A DNA stretch of 63,979 nt, the filler included, from an uncultured bacterium (lineage in GTDB: Bacteria; Latescibacterota; UBA2968): the NCBI GenBank assembly GCA_964471275.1. It is 3 parts of 3 records of this genome, joined end to end, with 100 filler letters (N's around TTAATTAATTAA, not from the genome) between each part and the next. Parts side by side here need not be neighbours in the genome. Positions count along the whole stretch, not along the records: positions 27,974 to 55,800 come from CAYYGZ010000030.1; 2 more parts are not named here. One strand, written 5' to 3'. Of this stretch, positions 38,691 to 49,115 are shown piece after piece. Position numbers and translations under genes: made by a program. The notes beneath the pieces were generated by a model. It was not told where the DNA came from, did not search any database, and saw only the letters and a list, made by a program, of their open reading frames with translations. The stretch's first letter is position 1, and each line of letters starts with the position of its first letter.

Positions 38691-39311
38691 ATGCTTCTGA
38701 AATCCATCGTCGTCGGCCCGCTCGAAGTAAACTGCTTCGTTCTGGCCTGCGAGAAAACGAAGGAGGGTATCGTCATCGACCCGGGTGACAACGTCCTGGG
38801 TATCCTCGACCTGATTGAGGAAGATGGCATCCGGATCAAGGAAATCGTCGCCACACACGGCCACTTCGACCACATCAGCCGTGTCAAGACGCTGAAGGAG
38901 AAGCTGAACGTTCCCTTCGCCATACACGAGGATGACATGTTCATGGTCGAAGGTCTTGTCGAAATCGCCTCCTTCCTCGACATCGACACCGACGAGTCTC
39001 CCGAGGTTGACCGCCACCTCCAGATCGGTGAGCCCTTGACTTTCGGGAACGAGTCACTCGACGTCATTCACACCCCGGGTCACGCACCCGGAAATGTATC
39101 GCTGCTCTGGCCCGGCCACGCACTCGTCGGTGACGTTCTATTCGCTGGATCCGTCGGACGGACCGATCTCGAGGGCTCCGACCCCGCAGTGCTTATCCAG
39201 TCCATCCGCGAAAAGCTGATGACGCTCCCGGATGAGACGCACGTCTACCCAGGTCACGGTCCGTTCACGACCATCGGCAGGGAGCGAGTGACGAATCCGT
39301 TCTTGCAGTAG
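38691..39311 (+). CDS. MBL-fold hydrolase (glyoxalase II/YcbL-like)
   Basis: THGHFDH, HTPGH, GDVLFAGSVGRTD, YPGHG..TTIG.E...NPF. Confidence 0.93.
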   Translation: MLLKSIVVGPLEVNCFVLACEKTKEGIVIDPGDNVLGILDLIEEDGIRIKEIVATHGHFDHISRVKTLKEKLNVPFAIHEDDMFMVEGLVEIASFLDIDTDESPEVDRHLQIGEPLTFGNESLDVIHTPGHAPGNVSLLWPGHALVGDVLFAGSVGRTDLEGSDPAVLIQSIREKLMTLPDETHVYPGHGPFTTIGRERVTNPFLQ

Positions 39312-39464
39312 GAAGATCAGTGCTTGGCGAGTAGTGCTTGGCCGCTGCCAGACAGACACAAACGGAACGGCAAGGTTAGTCAGATGCAGAGAAACGAGGC
39401 CTGCGTTTCTCCCTGCCCCAAGCCTGTCCTGAGCGGAGTCGAAGGGCCCCGTGCGCCGTGCCCT

Positions 39465-40610
39465 CTACTCATTCGCCTCTCGGGTCGCTTCTATCGCATT
39501 GGCCAATATCAAAAAATCAGTAAACCCGATGCTCCCGTCACCATCCAGGTCGAACCGGATATCGAAATCCGGGGAGCTGGTCGTTTCGCCAAAGCGAGCG
39601 GCGAAGAGGAGAAAATCCCGGAAGTTGGGGATGTTGTTACCATCGAAGTCAACCACGCCATTGAGCGTTACGGATCGCGGAACCGCGGTCACAAACTCGC
39701 TCGAACGAAGCATCTCTGCGGTATTCAGTCGGATTGTGGTCGATGATGTAAAACTGTCGAGGGTCGTGAAGTAGAGCCGCCCGAGGAGGCCGTCGGAAAT
39801 GTTGAGGGCCCCACCAAAGGTTGCGGCGGTCACGTCGACGGATCGGTTGGTGATATCGGGTGTGACGGTTTGCGCGGACGAAAAGACGTTCCCGGGCAGG
39901 AAACTCTCGAACGCCACCATCGTCGAATCAAAATCGAAGCGAAGGATGTAGCCGACCATCAGTTCCAGGGACGTGCCGTGTACCTGCACTTCAACCGTCT
40001 CACCGATCCCAACGCCGTTCCGAACAGTTCGGCTCTGATTCCCTGGTGAATTGTCCAGATCCAGCGACACCTCGAAGGCCTGACCGGTCACGAAACGCAT
40101 CGATGCATCCGTCACATCCAGAGGGTCGATCGCCCCGGTCTCGCTGTCGAAGATAGTCGTGCCCTCCCCATTCAGCCGGATCGTCGTGTTTGCAGGCACT
40201 TTCTGACGCGCCCTCAAAGTCAGGATTCCCAGGAATCCCGGGGCTCGCACGCTGGCCGGATTGCCGCCAACAGAGATGGATGCGCCTCGCCCCCCATTCT
40301 CGTTCTTCAGCACCCCCTCGAAGCTCTCGATCTCGAACATCGATGAAAATCCAAGATTGTCGTCATTAAAAGCGAGCGTGAAACCCGAGGTCAACCCTCT
40401 TGCCAGATCTCCGATATACACCTCGATCAGGATTTGGTCGTCCTTGCTCAGGATCGGAAAGGTCCTGCGCTCGTCGTTGATCGGGGGTTGCCCGGAAATC
40501 TGCGCATCCAGGTATATTTGCTTATTCTCGAAGGCACCCGCAATCACGTCCCCGGTGGATACGATCCAGAGAGCCGCTATTCCGACGATGACAGCACAGA
40601 TTCGGAGCAT
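39465..40610 (-). CDS. Secreted protein with cohesin-like beta domains and a C-terminal dockerin/EF-hand-like repeat
   Basis: Signal peptide; GY.L.FDFD....F..F.PG and DGLLGRLYF; duplicated DFDGNNIPNFRDFLLFA / DLDGDGSIGFTDFLILA. Confidence 0.75.
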   Translation of the reverse strand: MLRICAVIVGIAALWIVSTGDVIAGAFENKQIYLDAQISGQPPINDERRTFPILSKDDQILIEVYIGDLARGLTSGFTLAFNDDNLGFSSMFEIESFEGVLKNENGGRGASISVGGNPASVRAPGFLGILTLRARQKVPANTTIRLNGEGTTIFDSETGAIDPLDVTDASMRFVTGQAFEVSLDLDNSPGNQSRTVRNGVGIGETVEVQVHGTSLELMVGYILRFDFDSTMVAFESFLPGNVFSSAQTVTPDITNRSVDVTAATFGGALNISDGLLGRLYFTTLDSFTSSTTIRLNTAEMLRSSEFVTAVPRSVTLNGVVDFDGNNIPNFRDFLLFAARFGETTSSPDFDIRFDLDGDGSIGFTDFLILANAIEATREANE

Positions 40611-40827
40611 GTAGCACCACTGTGAGGAGGCGCCTACAGGACACTAGGAGCCAAGATCAGTTCGGACCATCCACGATGCGTCGAAGGGCAGCGGTTTCAC
40701 CCTCCCAAGACGACATGACCTGCTTCCCATGTATCGGCGGAATCCCAGATTTCTACAGTACATGCATGAAGGCCCCGAGCATATCGCCCGAGGCCCCCAG
40801 CGTGACTCTCAGCTCCCAATTTCCTGC

Positions 40828-41316
40828 TTATTCTCTACCCAGCGGGAAATGAAGACCGAATTGGAGTCCGTATTCGTTGACCGACCCGCTCGCAAATGCC
40901 TTGAACCAGCGAAACTGGCTGAACAATCCGATCCCTTCCGTCAGGGGAAACACCGTACCGCCGGCAACGGTGATCATCCCGTTCGTCACCGACTGCCCGA
41001 GCCCGCTGACCCTCAGGATGCCCCCACCGCCCGTGAAGTAGATCGTACCCCCGTGACGCGAGAGCGGAGCCTTGTAGTGGACACTCAGTCCCGCGGGCAC
41101 CTGAGTAACGCCGCTCTTTCGATACATCTCGAAAAAGGCCGAGAGCGAAGTCGGGTAATCTTCGGTTAGTGGGATCTCGATCGATCCGTGTCCACCCCAT
41201 CGGGCCGGGCTGGGCTTGAAATTCACCCCGCCACCGGCCTTGATACCCCACTGCAATGCATCTGCTGAGCCTGCCAGAACAAGACCCAACGCCACCAAAC
41301 AGACAAAACGCTTCAT
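40828..41316 (-). CDS. Small outer-membrane beta-barrel protein
   Basis: Signal peptide, alternating hydrophobic strands, YFTGGGG, C-terminal YGLQFGLHF; SD GGAGGAGG. Confidence 0.75.
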   Translation of the reverse strand: MKRFVCLVALGLVLAGSADALQWGIKAGGGVNFKPSPARWGGHGSIEIPLTEDYPTSLSAFFEMYRKSGVTQVPAGLSVHYKAPLSRHGGTIYFTGGGGILRVSGLGQSVTNGMITVAGGTVFPLTEGIGLFSQFRWFKAFASGSVNEYGLQFGLHFPLGRE

Positions 41317-41649
41317 ACATCCTCCTCCTGTTTTTCACTCGGCCCGGTCCACTGACTGACCGACAAAACGAAACCGGCGCTCATCGCGTCGGTCGCTGGC
41401 CGCCATTGCATTCCTGTATCGATTCGGAAAAAGATAGGAAGGTTGATCCACAGAGGGAAGCACCCACGCTACCTGAGACATCGCCCGACTGCTCTACTGT
41501 TCTTCGGGATCGGTTCGCCGATCTCCGGCCCTTTGGCGAAATCTTCCGTCGCCGGATCTGAATCAGGTCCGCGCACCTTGAAGCTCCCAGGCACCGCTGT
41601 CCGCCAGCAAAACAGCAGGCCGAAAATCCGGTGTCCGTACAACGACGGG

Positions 41650-42079
41650 GCAGAATTTCGGCGACCTGCCCGTACTCCCAAGTGGTCAACGACACATTGA
41701 GGCCGGATTACGCCTCGTACTGGGGCAGCCGGTCTGTGCTTTCAGGCACGGGCAGGGCATAGAGTCCGACCCACTCCTCCTTGGGGGTTTCAAGCGGAAT
41801 CGGCCAGCGTGCACGCTGTGCCGGCAGCGTCAGCCCTTTGGATACACCGTCGATCTCGAAGTAGATCTCGAACAACTGCCCAAAGGCTTCCTTGCCTACG
41901 ACATTCGGGTCGCCCTCAGCCCTTACCACGACCATCTTCTGGGCGTCCATTCTCCAGATCCGCGACGCCCAGAGGTGTTCAAACTCGGCGATATCCGGGC
42001 CCCACATCAGATAGGTCATCAGACCTGCCACAACGGTGATGGCCAAGACGACGATCGAGAGTAGCTTCTTCATGTTCAC
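41650..42079 (-). pseudogene. GyrI-like small-molecule-binding protein pseudogene
   Basis: RARWP..LETPKEEWVGLYALPVP, an in-frame TAA (41710-41708), then SGLNVSLTTWEYGQVAEIL before homology ends. Confidence 0.6.
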
Positions 42080-42432
42080 GCTCCGATGTTGGTTGACTCA
42101 GGTCTCCGGTCTACCGCATCGGGAGTCGTGCCTACAAACTACTCAACCCCGAGCGAAGATGGCACGCCAAAAGATCTTGCATATTTACAGAACGATTTCA
42201 CCGAAAGCCGACAGCGTTGTCCTGTCGCGCTACCGGTCCTCGGTAGCACGCTGCTGCGATGGGTGGACGCCCGATCCTGCATCCTTACGCCGGCCAGATT
42301 CCATTCCTGGTCAGGTGAAAACGCGGTCTATTCTTCCTATCCGCTTGATCTGAGATCGGTATAGGTACAGCACTTAATCCGAGAATCCGCGAAGTGCCCT
42401 ACTTGATCGGGATATGCCTATATTTCACAGCT

Positions 42433-43047
42433 ATGCAGACCGAAATATTCCTCATATGCAATGCTCAGACGCTCTCCGACCCGAATGACCGCACCGTCGG
42501 TTGGTGGTCGGATCTTTCACTGTCACCCGGTGGCCGACGGCAGGCCATCTTGCTCAGTGAAAGGCTCAAGCGTGCCTATGAAGACATCGAATTCCTTTAC
42601 GCAAGCCCCCTGAAGCGCTCGGCCGAGACGGCCGCGATTCTGGCGAACACCTTGAAGGTTGTCGTCCGCAAGGATGCCGGACTTCGAGAACTGGATCCCG
42701 GCAATGTGGGCCCTTCGATAATTGAAGGCCAGGCCCGGACAGCCCCTGACTTTGCTGCCGAGACCCCGGGGAATGGCGAGTCCTACGCGAGCCTGCATCT
42801 GCGCGCGACCCGGTCGATCGATGCAATCGTGACCCGTTGTCTGGGAAAACGCGTAATCATCGTCTCACACGGCGGCCCGATAGTCGCCTACCTGCGATCC
42901 TTCCTCGGATTCGGCCCGGAGGACGCGGAGAGAGCTCCCTTCTTCGGCTGCACCCCATCTTCACTCCACGAACTGGTAATCGACGACACAGAGAAGACGA
43001 TCGTTCGCCTGAACGACGCCGCACACCTGGCCGATGCCCCTCACTAA
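42433..43047 (+). CDS. Histidine phosphatase-fold protein lacking the RHG motif
   Basis: LSPGGRRQA, YASPLKRSAETA, LRELDPG, GESY, VSHGG, RLND.AHL; the first motif reads FLICNAQT. Confidence 0.8.
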   Translation: MQTEIFLICNAQTLSDPNDRTVGWWSDLSLSPGGRRQAILLSERLKRAYEDIEFLYASPLKRSAETAAILANTLKVVVRKDAGLRELDPGNVGPSIIEGQARTAPDFAAETPGNGESYASLHLRATRSIDAIVTRCLGKRVIIVSHGGPIVAYLRSFLGFGPEDAERAPFFGCTPSSLHELVIDDTEKTIVRLNDAAHLADAPH

Positions 43048-44302
43048 TCAGCCCAACCCGGACTACCCCGCCCGAACCGTCCGTACCTGTCGGATCGCGA
43101 ATCTGTGCCCGGACAGGGAGTGCACGCTTGCCGGGAGACTGACGCGGAAAGACGATGAGGCCTTCCTCTCGGATGAAACGGGAACCATACGCGTCGAGGT
43201 TTCGGATTCTATCGTAACCGGCTCGATTATCGAAGCGGCAGGCCGTTGGCGGATCCATACGTTCGCCGCAACGACATCTAAGGTCCTGGTTCCGGCAGTT
43301 GCTAACGGTGACAGACAAAATCGCAAGCGGATCCACCAGCTCCGTGCAGACGTTCTTCGCGAGATCCGCACTTTCTTCAATGCACGAGACTTCACCGAGG
43401 TCGAGACGCCTCTCCTGATCCGGTCGCCCGGGATGGAACCCCATCTTCGCGCCTTCGAAACTGACACGGAATCAGGCCGACACCTGTATCTTCCCACATC
43501 GCCCGAGTATGCGATGAAGCGACTCCTGTCCGAGGGACTCGAACGCATATACCAGATCTGCAAGTCTTTCCGCGACGAAGCGCCTGCAGGCTTTCACAAC
43601 CCCGAATTCACGATGCTCGAGTGGTATCGAGCCTTCGCCGATTACCGGGACATCGCCGTCGATACCGAATCGCTCATCGCGCACGTCGCCAGCCGAGTAA
43701 CCGGCTCAACCCGTCTGCAGTTCGGAGCCATCGACGTCGACCTCGCCACTCCGTGGGAACGCATCACCGTTCGCGAGGCCTTCCGCCGATACAGCGACAT
43801 CGATGGCGATCCGTGCGGCGACCCTCTGGATTTTCTGTCCACCGCCCGGAAGAGCGTCACCACTTCGATCGCTCGTGACGACGATTTCAGTTCCGCATTC
43901 TTCAGGATCTTTCTGGACCAGATCGAGCCGAACCTCGGCTCGCCACGTCCCACAATCCTGACGGACTACCCGGAAAGCATGGCCGCCCTCGCCAAACGCT
44001 CTCCCGATTTTCCAGGAATCGCGGAGCGCTTCGAGGTCTACATCACCGGGATCGAGCTCGCCAACGCCTTCACCGAACTCAACGACCCCACCGAGCAGCG
44101 CGATCGCCTCGAACGGGAAGCCGCGGAACGTGCCTCGCTGGACGTCCCCCGCTATCCGATCGACGAATCGTTCCTCGGCGCCCTCCAAACCGGCATGCCC
44201 CCCTCAGGCGGTATTGCGCTCGGCGTAGACCGGCTTATCATGCTCCTTGCGGGTGCGTCGCATATCGAGAACGTACTGGCCTTCCCTTTTCCTGACATGT
44301 AG
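43034..44302 (+). CDS. epmA: EF-P beta-lysyl ligase EpmA (GenX/PoxA) with an N-terminal OB-fold-like extension
   Basis: FTEVETP, PGMEPHL, YLPTSPEYAMKRLL, FRDE, HNPEFTMLEWYR, ERFEVY, ELANAFTEL, GIALGVDRL. Confidence 0.88.
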   Translation: MPLTNQPNPDYPARTVRTCRIANLCPDRECTLAGRLTRKDDEAFLSDETGTIRVEVSDSIVTGSIIEAAGRWRIHTFAATTSKVLVPAVANGDRQNRKRIHQLRADVLREIRTFFNARDFTEVETPLLIRSPGMEPHLRAFETDTESGRHLYLPTSPEYAMKRLLSEGLERIYQICKSFRDEAPAGFHNPEFTMLEWYRAFADYRDIAVDTESLIAHVASRVTGSTRLQFGAIDVDLATPWERITVREAFRRYSDIDGDPCGDPLDFLSTARKSVTTSIARDDDFSSAFFRIFLDQIEPNLGSPRPTILTDYPESMAALAKRSPDFPGIAERFEVYITGIELANAFTELNDPTEQRDRLEREAAERASLDVPRYPIDESFLGALQTGMPPSGGIALGVDRLIMLLAGASHIENVLAFPFPDM

Positions 44303-44486
44303 GGCGGCAGAGGCGCAAGGGCGCGTTCGACCACCCGATCTGACAGGCGGTCATCCTGAGGGAACCGAAGGATCCCGCCCAGATCTAGACACCCTCTCTA
44401 CCCACCCCCAACTCTGATTCCCCTGAGCTCTGATCCCTGACACACACAACAGCTGACGCTGTATCGGTTTCCCAGAAAGGACCCAC

Positions 44487-45251
44487 ATGTCAAGTCTCTC
44501 CAACAAAGTCGCTCTCATCACGGGAGGCGGTACCGGCATCGGCCGCGCCACTGCCCTCCTCCTAGCGGGTGAGGATGCCGACATCGCCGTCAACTACAGT
44601 CGCTCAAAGGAAGATGCCGAAAAGACGGTCGCTGACATCGAAGCATTGGGCCGCAAAGCGATCGCCATTCAGGCCAACGTGTCAGAAGACGCTTCCTGCC
44701 GTGCGATGGTCGACACGGTTGTCGGCGAGCTCGGCCGACTCGACATCCTCGTTAACAACGCGGGAACAACGCGTATGGTACCTCTCGACGATCTGGAAGG
44801 CCTGAGCGAGGAAGACTGGGACTCGATCATTGACGTCAACGTCAAGGGCACGTTCTTCTGCTGCCGTGCGGCAATCCCCAGGATGAAGGAAAATGGCGGA
44901 GGCCAGATCGTCAGCACAGCCTCCATCGCCGGTACCACCGGTCAGGGCAGTTCGATCGCCTACTCCGCATCAAAAGCAGCCATCATCTGCATGACCCAAT
45001 CCCTCGCCGTCAGCCAGGCCCCGGAAATCCAGGTCAATGCCGTATCTCCCGGGCTGGTCGAAACACGATGGGTCGAGGGCTGGGAAGAGAACAACGCGGG
45101 TCATGCCCGGGGAACCCCGATGCGCCGGAACGCGATGGCAGAAGACGTCGCGGACGCGATCCTAGCCCTGATCATCAGCCCTTTCGTAACCGGTCAGAAC
45201 CTTGTCGTCGATGGAGGTCGGAGTCTCTGGTTGTCGGCCGTGAAAGAATAG
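44487..45251 (+). CDS. Short-chain dehydrogenase/reductase
   Basis: TGGGTGIG, NNAG, S..YSASK, VDGG. Confidence 0.94.
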   Translation: MSSLSNKVALITGGGTGIGRATALLLAGEDADIAVNYSRSKEDAEKTVADIEALGRKAIAIQANVSEDASCRAMVDTVVGELGRLDILVNNAGTTRMVPLDDLEGLSEEDWDSIIDVNVKGTFFCCRAAIPRMKENGGGQIVSTASIAGTTGQGSSIAYSASKAAIICMTQSLAVSQAPEIQVNAVSPGLVETRWVEGWEENNAGHARGTPMRRNAMAEDVADAILALIISPFVTGQNLVVDGGRSLWLSAVKE

Positions 45252-45587
45252 CTTCATAGGCTCATCACGACGCACCACACGGAGGCAGAATGCAGACACT
45301 GTAGAAGGGACGTTCAAGTGTCGTCGTCATCACCGCATTCGCCGCATCGACAGACGGCCAGGATGAGGCGCCAGGGACTGAGTTGATGGTCGAAACGAAG
45401 CACAAACCGTTATCCATCCAGTGACCGGGTCGATCGATACAAGCACCAGCAGGGCTCTCCAGATTGCGGAGAGCCCTGTTTCTTTGTATCAACGAGTATC
45501 TGAACGGACACGGGTCTTCCCTCACGGAAGCCTGCGTCCGTTGGTTGGAGTGCCCTGAGCGACGGATCTGAAACGGGAGCAAAGACG

Positions 45588-46739
45588 ATGAGCGGGACCT
45601 ATCGGCCACTTTCTGAAGTTCGCAAGACGCTTCGGGTCGAGTGGTATCGATGTCCGATCGAGCACGCAAAGCTTCGCGAGCTGTCGAAACGAAGCGACCT
45701 TCAGGGATGGTTTCAGGCAGGTGGGCACTTCGCCCTCTTCCTTTGCACGGGTGCGGCCGTATATCACTTCTGGATACAGCAGCTCTGGCTCGGATTCGGG
45801 GTCGCGCTCTTCGCCCACGGCACGGTCGGCAGCTTCCTCTTTGGCGTCGCCCCGCACGAGCTCGGTCACGGCACCGTGTTCCGCACCCGGTGGCTGAACA
45901 AGCTGTTTATGTATCTGTTCAGCCTGTTGAGCTGGTGGGATCCGTTCGACTACGCAAGCAGCCATACATACCACCACCGCTACACGCAGTACCTCGAAGG
46001 TGACCGGGAAAACGTGATGCCGCTCGAGCCGTCCCTCGCTCCGACGCTTCTTCTGCAACTCTTTACGATCAACCTCTTCTCGAAACCCGGTCGCAACTTC
46101 GGGAAAGGCGGAGCGATCTCTGCGATCTACATCACCACTAAATCGGCCCTCGGTATCATCGGCTCTACCGAGATCCCAAGCCGTGAATGGATACAGGCCC
46201 TGCATGAAGACCAACCGCTTCAGAGTCGCAAGTCGATGTGGTTTGCACGTCTCCAGTTGCTCTTCCACGGGAGTGTAATCGCCGTTTCCGTGGTCACGGA
46301 TCTCTGGGTTCTGCCTTTGATCCTTACCCTCTTCCCCTTCATCGCGAATGCGTGGGTCTACGCAGTCGGATTAACGCAGCATTGCGGCTTGCAGGATGGC
46401 GTGCCGGATTTCCGGAAATGCGTCCGGTCCATCAGGATCAACCCATTCCTGAGTTTCCTCTATTGGCGGATGGGCTGGCACACCGAACATCACATGTATG
46501 CGGGCGTCCCCTGCTACAACCTCGGAAAGCTGGCCCACGAGATCGTTGATGAGATGCCGGAGCCACGCACACTCCGAGCCGCTTGGCGAGAGATGCGTGA
46601 AGCGTGGCATCGACAGCAGACCGACCCAACCTATCAATTCGATACGCCTTTTCCGGCAACCGCCGGGACCACGCGGGAGGACACACCGAACGAATTAGAA
46701 AGCTCGATCGGTGAGTTGGCCCCGGAGGGTTTGAGATGA
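45588..46739 (+). CDS. Membrane fatty-acid desaturase/hydroxylase family protein
   Basis: His boxes HELGH, HTYHH, QH and HTEHH; TM segments. Confidence 0.88.
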   Translation: MSGTYRPLSEVRKTLRVEWYRCPIEHAKLRELSKRSDLQGWFQAGGHFALFLCTGAAVYHFWIQQLWLGFGVALFAHGTVGSFLFGVAPHELGHGTVFRTRWLNKLFMYLFSLLSWWDPFDYASSHTYHHRYTQYLEGDRENVMPLEPSLAPTLLLQLFTINLFSKPGRNFGKGGAISAIYITTKSALGIIGSTEIPSREWIQALHEDQPLQSRKSMWFARLQLLFHGSVIAVSVVTDLWVLPLILTLFPFIANAWVYAVGLTQHCGLQDGVPDFRKCVRSIRINPFLSFLYWRMGWHTEHHMYAGVPCYNLGKLAHEIVDEMPEPRTLRAAWREMREAWHRQQTDPTYQFDTPFPATAGTTREDTPNELESSIGELAPEGLR

Positions 46740-46806
46740 GGTTGAGGTAACTCGAGCCTACACGTCACTCAGCATTTAGCTGCTTGTATTCCTCAGAAAG
46801 GGCACG

Positions 46807-48333
46807 ATGGCCGAAGCAAATTCCCGAACAAACGTGCTGTTTGTCATTAGCGATGATCTCAACGATTGGATCCTGCATCCCTTGGATCATCCACAGGTCA
46901 AGACTCCGAACATCGACCGTCTTCGGACAAAAAGCGTAAGCTTCACGACCGCTCACGCAGCCGTACCTGTGTGCGGTCCCTCTCGGAAATGCCTGCTCTC
47001 CGGCCTCTACCCGCAGACAATCGACAGCTACAATTTCGCCCCGTGGAAAGCTGTGCCCTCGCTTGAAGACTGTGCACCGATTCCTCTGCACTTCCGAAAC
47101 AACGGCTACAACGTCTATGGCGCCGGTAAGCTCCTCCACGAGGGTGAGGGAGGCGATTTCTACACGGAATATGGTTACGGGGTCGACTATGGCCCTCATC
47201 CGTGGCTGGGCGAGGGACCTGCACAGTTCACGCCGCACCCACGGCAGTATGATCTGTGGGAAGGACACCTGCCTGAGTGGGACATGCATCGCGACCTGAA
47301 CTTCGGCCCCCTGAGCGATGTTCCGGAGTGGGAGCCGGGAACCGTCGAGGGCAAACCAGGCGCAAAAGGCTGGTACTACCGCGACGCGACGCCATTCCGC
47401 TATGCGAATGACGAAGATCGCGACCGGCTGCCGGATGAAATCTCCGTCGACTGGGCCGTCGACATCCTGAAACGGGAACACGATCGCCCCTTCTTCATCG
47501 GCGTCGGATTGACCAAACCGCACACGCCACTGTATGTGCCCGACAAATACTTCAACCTGTTCCCGATCGAAGACGTCACGCTTCCTCCCTACCTAGAGAA
47601 CGACCTCGACGACTGCGCGCCGACGCTGCGCAACAGATGGGCGTGGGGTTTCCAAAAATTCCAGGCACTCATCGATTCAGGTGGCGTGGAAGCCTGGCAC
47701 GCGTTCGTGCAGGCCTACCTAGCGACGCTGGCCTTTGTTGATGACCAGATCGGCAAGCTGCTCGACGCCCTTGCCTCAGGTGGATACGGGGCGAACACGA
47801 TTGTAGTTCTAACGAGCGACAACGGATATCACGTGGGTGAGAAGGACTGTATTCAGAAGTGGCATCTCTGGGATGAATCGACACGCATCCCCTTGATCAT
47901 ACACGTCCCTGAGGGATCGGGGAATGGGCAAACCTGCGCAAGCCCTGTCTCTCACATCGACCTGTATCCAACGCTCGTCGATCTCTGCGAACTCCCCCCA
48001 CAGCCGCACAGAGGAGAATCTCTCGCGCTCAATGGTCATTCGCTCAGACCGCTGCTTGATGACCCGGACGCCGCTGACTGGTCGGGACCCGACGTTGTCC
48101 TCACCGCAATTCGGGACGGCCGGGAAACCCCACATTTCTCCGTATGTTCAGACCGGCACCGCTACACCCTGTGTGCAAATGGAGAAGAGGAATTCTATGA
48201 TCACGCAACCGATCCCCACGAGTGGACAAATCTGGCCTTAAGCGATGATCAGTCGGATATTAGGAAGGGGTTACGCGAGCAGTTGGCAACGCTGCTGAAC
48301 GAAAGTCGGGTCCCGGAAGGATACAGTCTGTAA
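46807..48333 (+). CDS. Sulfatase (iduronate-2-sulfatase-like)
   Basis: SDDL, CGPSR (formylglycine motif), GKLLH, KPH.P, SDNGYH.GEK. Confidence 0.92.
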   Translation: MAEANSRTNVLFVISDDLNDWILHPLDHPQVKTPNIDRLRTKSVSFTTAHAAVPVCGPSRKCLLSGLYPQTIDSYNFAPWKAVPSLEDCAPIPLHFRNNGYNVYGAGKLLHEGEGGDFYTEYGYGVDYGPHPWLGEGPAQFTPHPRQYDLWEGHLPEWDMHRDLNFGPLSDVPEWEPGTVEGKPGAKGWYYRDATPFRYANDEDRDRLPDEISVDWAVDILKREHDRPFFIGVGLTKPHTPLYVPDKYFNLFPIEDVTLPPYLENDLDDCAPTLRNRWAWGFQKFQALIDSGGVEAWHAFVQAYLATLAFVDDQIGKLLDALASGGYGANTIVVLTSDNGYHVGEKDCIQKWHLWDESTRIPLIIHVPEGSGNGQTCASPVSHIDLYPTLVDLCELPPQPHRGESLALNGHSLRPLLDDPDAADWSGPDVVLTAIRDGRETPHFSVCSDRHRYTLCANGEEEFYDHATDPHEWTNLALSDDQSDIRKGLREQLATLLNESRVPEGYSL

Positions 48334-48335
48334 CC

Positions 48336-49115
48336 ATGTCGGAGACCCCACGCAGACTGACACTTATCGCACATCGCGGCGGTGTTGTCGATGGCAGCCG
48401 ATCCGAGAACAGCTTCAAGGCGTTGGAAGAAGCGATCAAGCGGGGGTACACGCACGTCGAGATCGATGCACGGATCACCTCCGACGGACACGTTGTCTGC
48501 TTCCACAATGACTCGCTCTTCGAGGAAGCCGGAGTCGACGGACGCATCTCTGAGATGGCGCGCGACGATGTCACACAGGTTGTCCTCACACGCTCGGGCG
48601 AGCGCATTCCGACCTTCAACGATTACTGTGCCCGTTGCACGGGCCAGATCGGTGTCATGATCGACCTCAAAGGCTGTCTCGACGCGTCAATAGACTCGTA
48701 TACGCGCGACGTGCAGGCTGCCCTCCGCGAACACGGTCTTCTCGACAACGCTCTGATCCTGATAAACAAGGTGCCACGCGACAACCAGGACCGCATCGCA
48801 CAGCGATTCGCGGAAATGTCACGTGTCTCCTGGCGACAGCCCCTTTCTGACACACAGGCAGCGGTACGTCGAGATCCCGGACTGCCTGCCAACCACTACG
48901 TATTTAACCACGGCAAAGACTTCTCGAAGGCGGACATTACCGGATATCACGAACTCGGGCTGGACGTGATCGCGAGCATCAATCATCACCATTACCCTGA
49001 GGACGACCCGATAGTGCTCGGTCGTCAACACATCGAGCAGCTGTCCGATTGGGGTGTCGACGGTTTCCAGATCGACTCCTGCTACGACCCATCACTCCTG
49101 CCGGACAGCGTTTGA
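48336..49115 (+). CDS. Glycerophosphodiester phosphodiesterase family protein
   Basis: IAHRGG, ENS, VEIDAR.T.DGHVVCFH, IPTF, DLK, GVDGFQID. Confidence 0.88.
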   Translation: MSETPRRLTLIAHRGGVVDGSRSENSFKALEEAIKRGYTHVEIDARITSDGHVVCFHNDSLFEEAGVDGRISEMARDDVTQVVLTRSGERIPTFNDYCARCTGQIGVMIDLKGCLDASIDSYTRDVQAALREHGLLDNALILINKVPRDNQDRIAQRFAEMSRVSWRQPLSDTQAAVRRDPGLPANHYVFNHGKDFSKADITGYHELGLDVIASINHHHYPEDDPIVLGRQHIEQLSDWGVDGFQIDSCYDPSLLPDSV

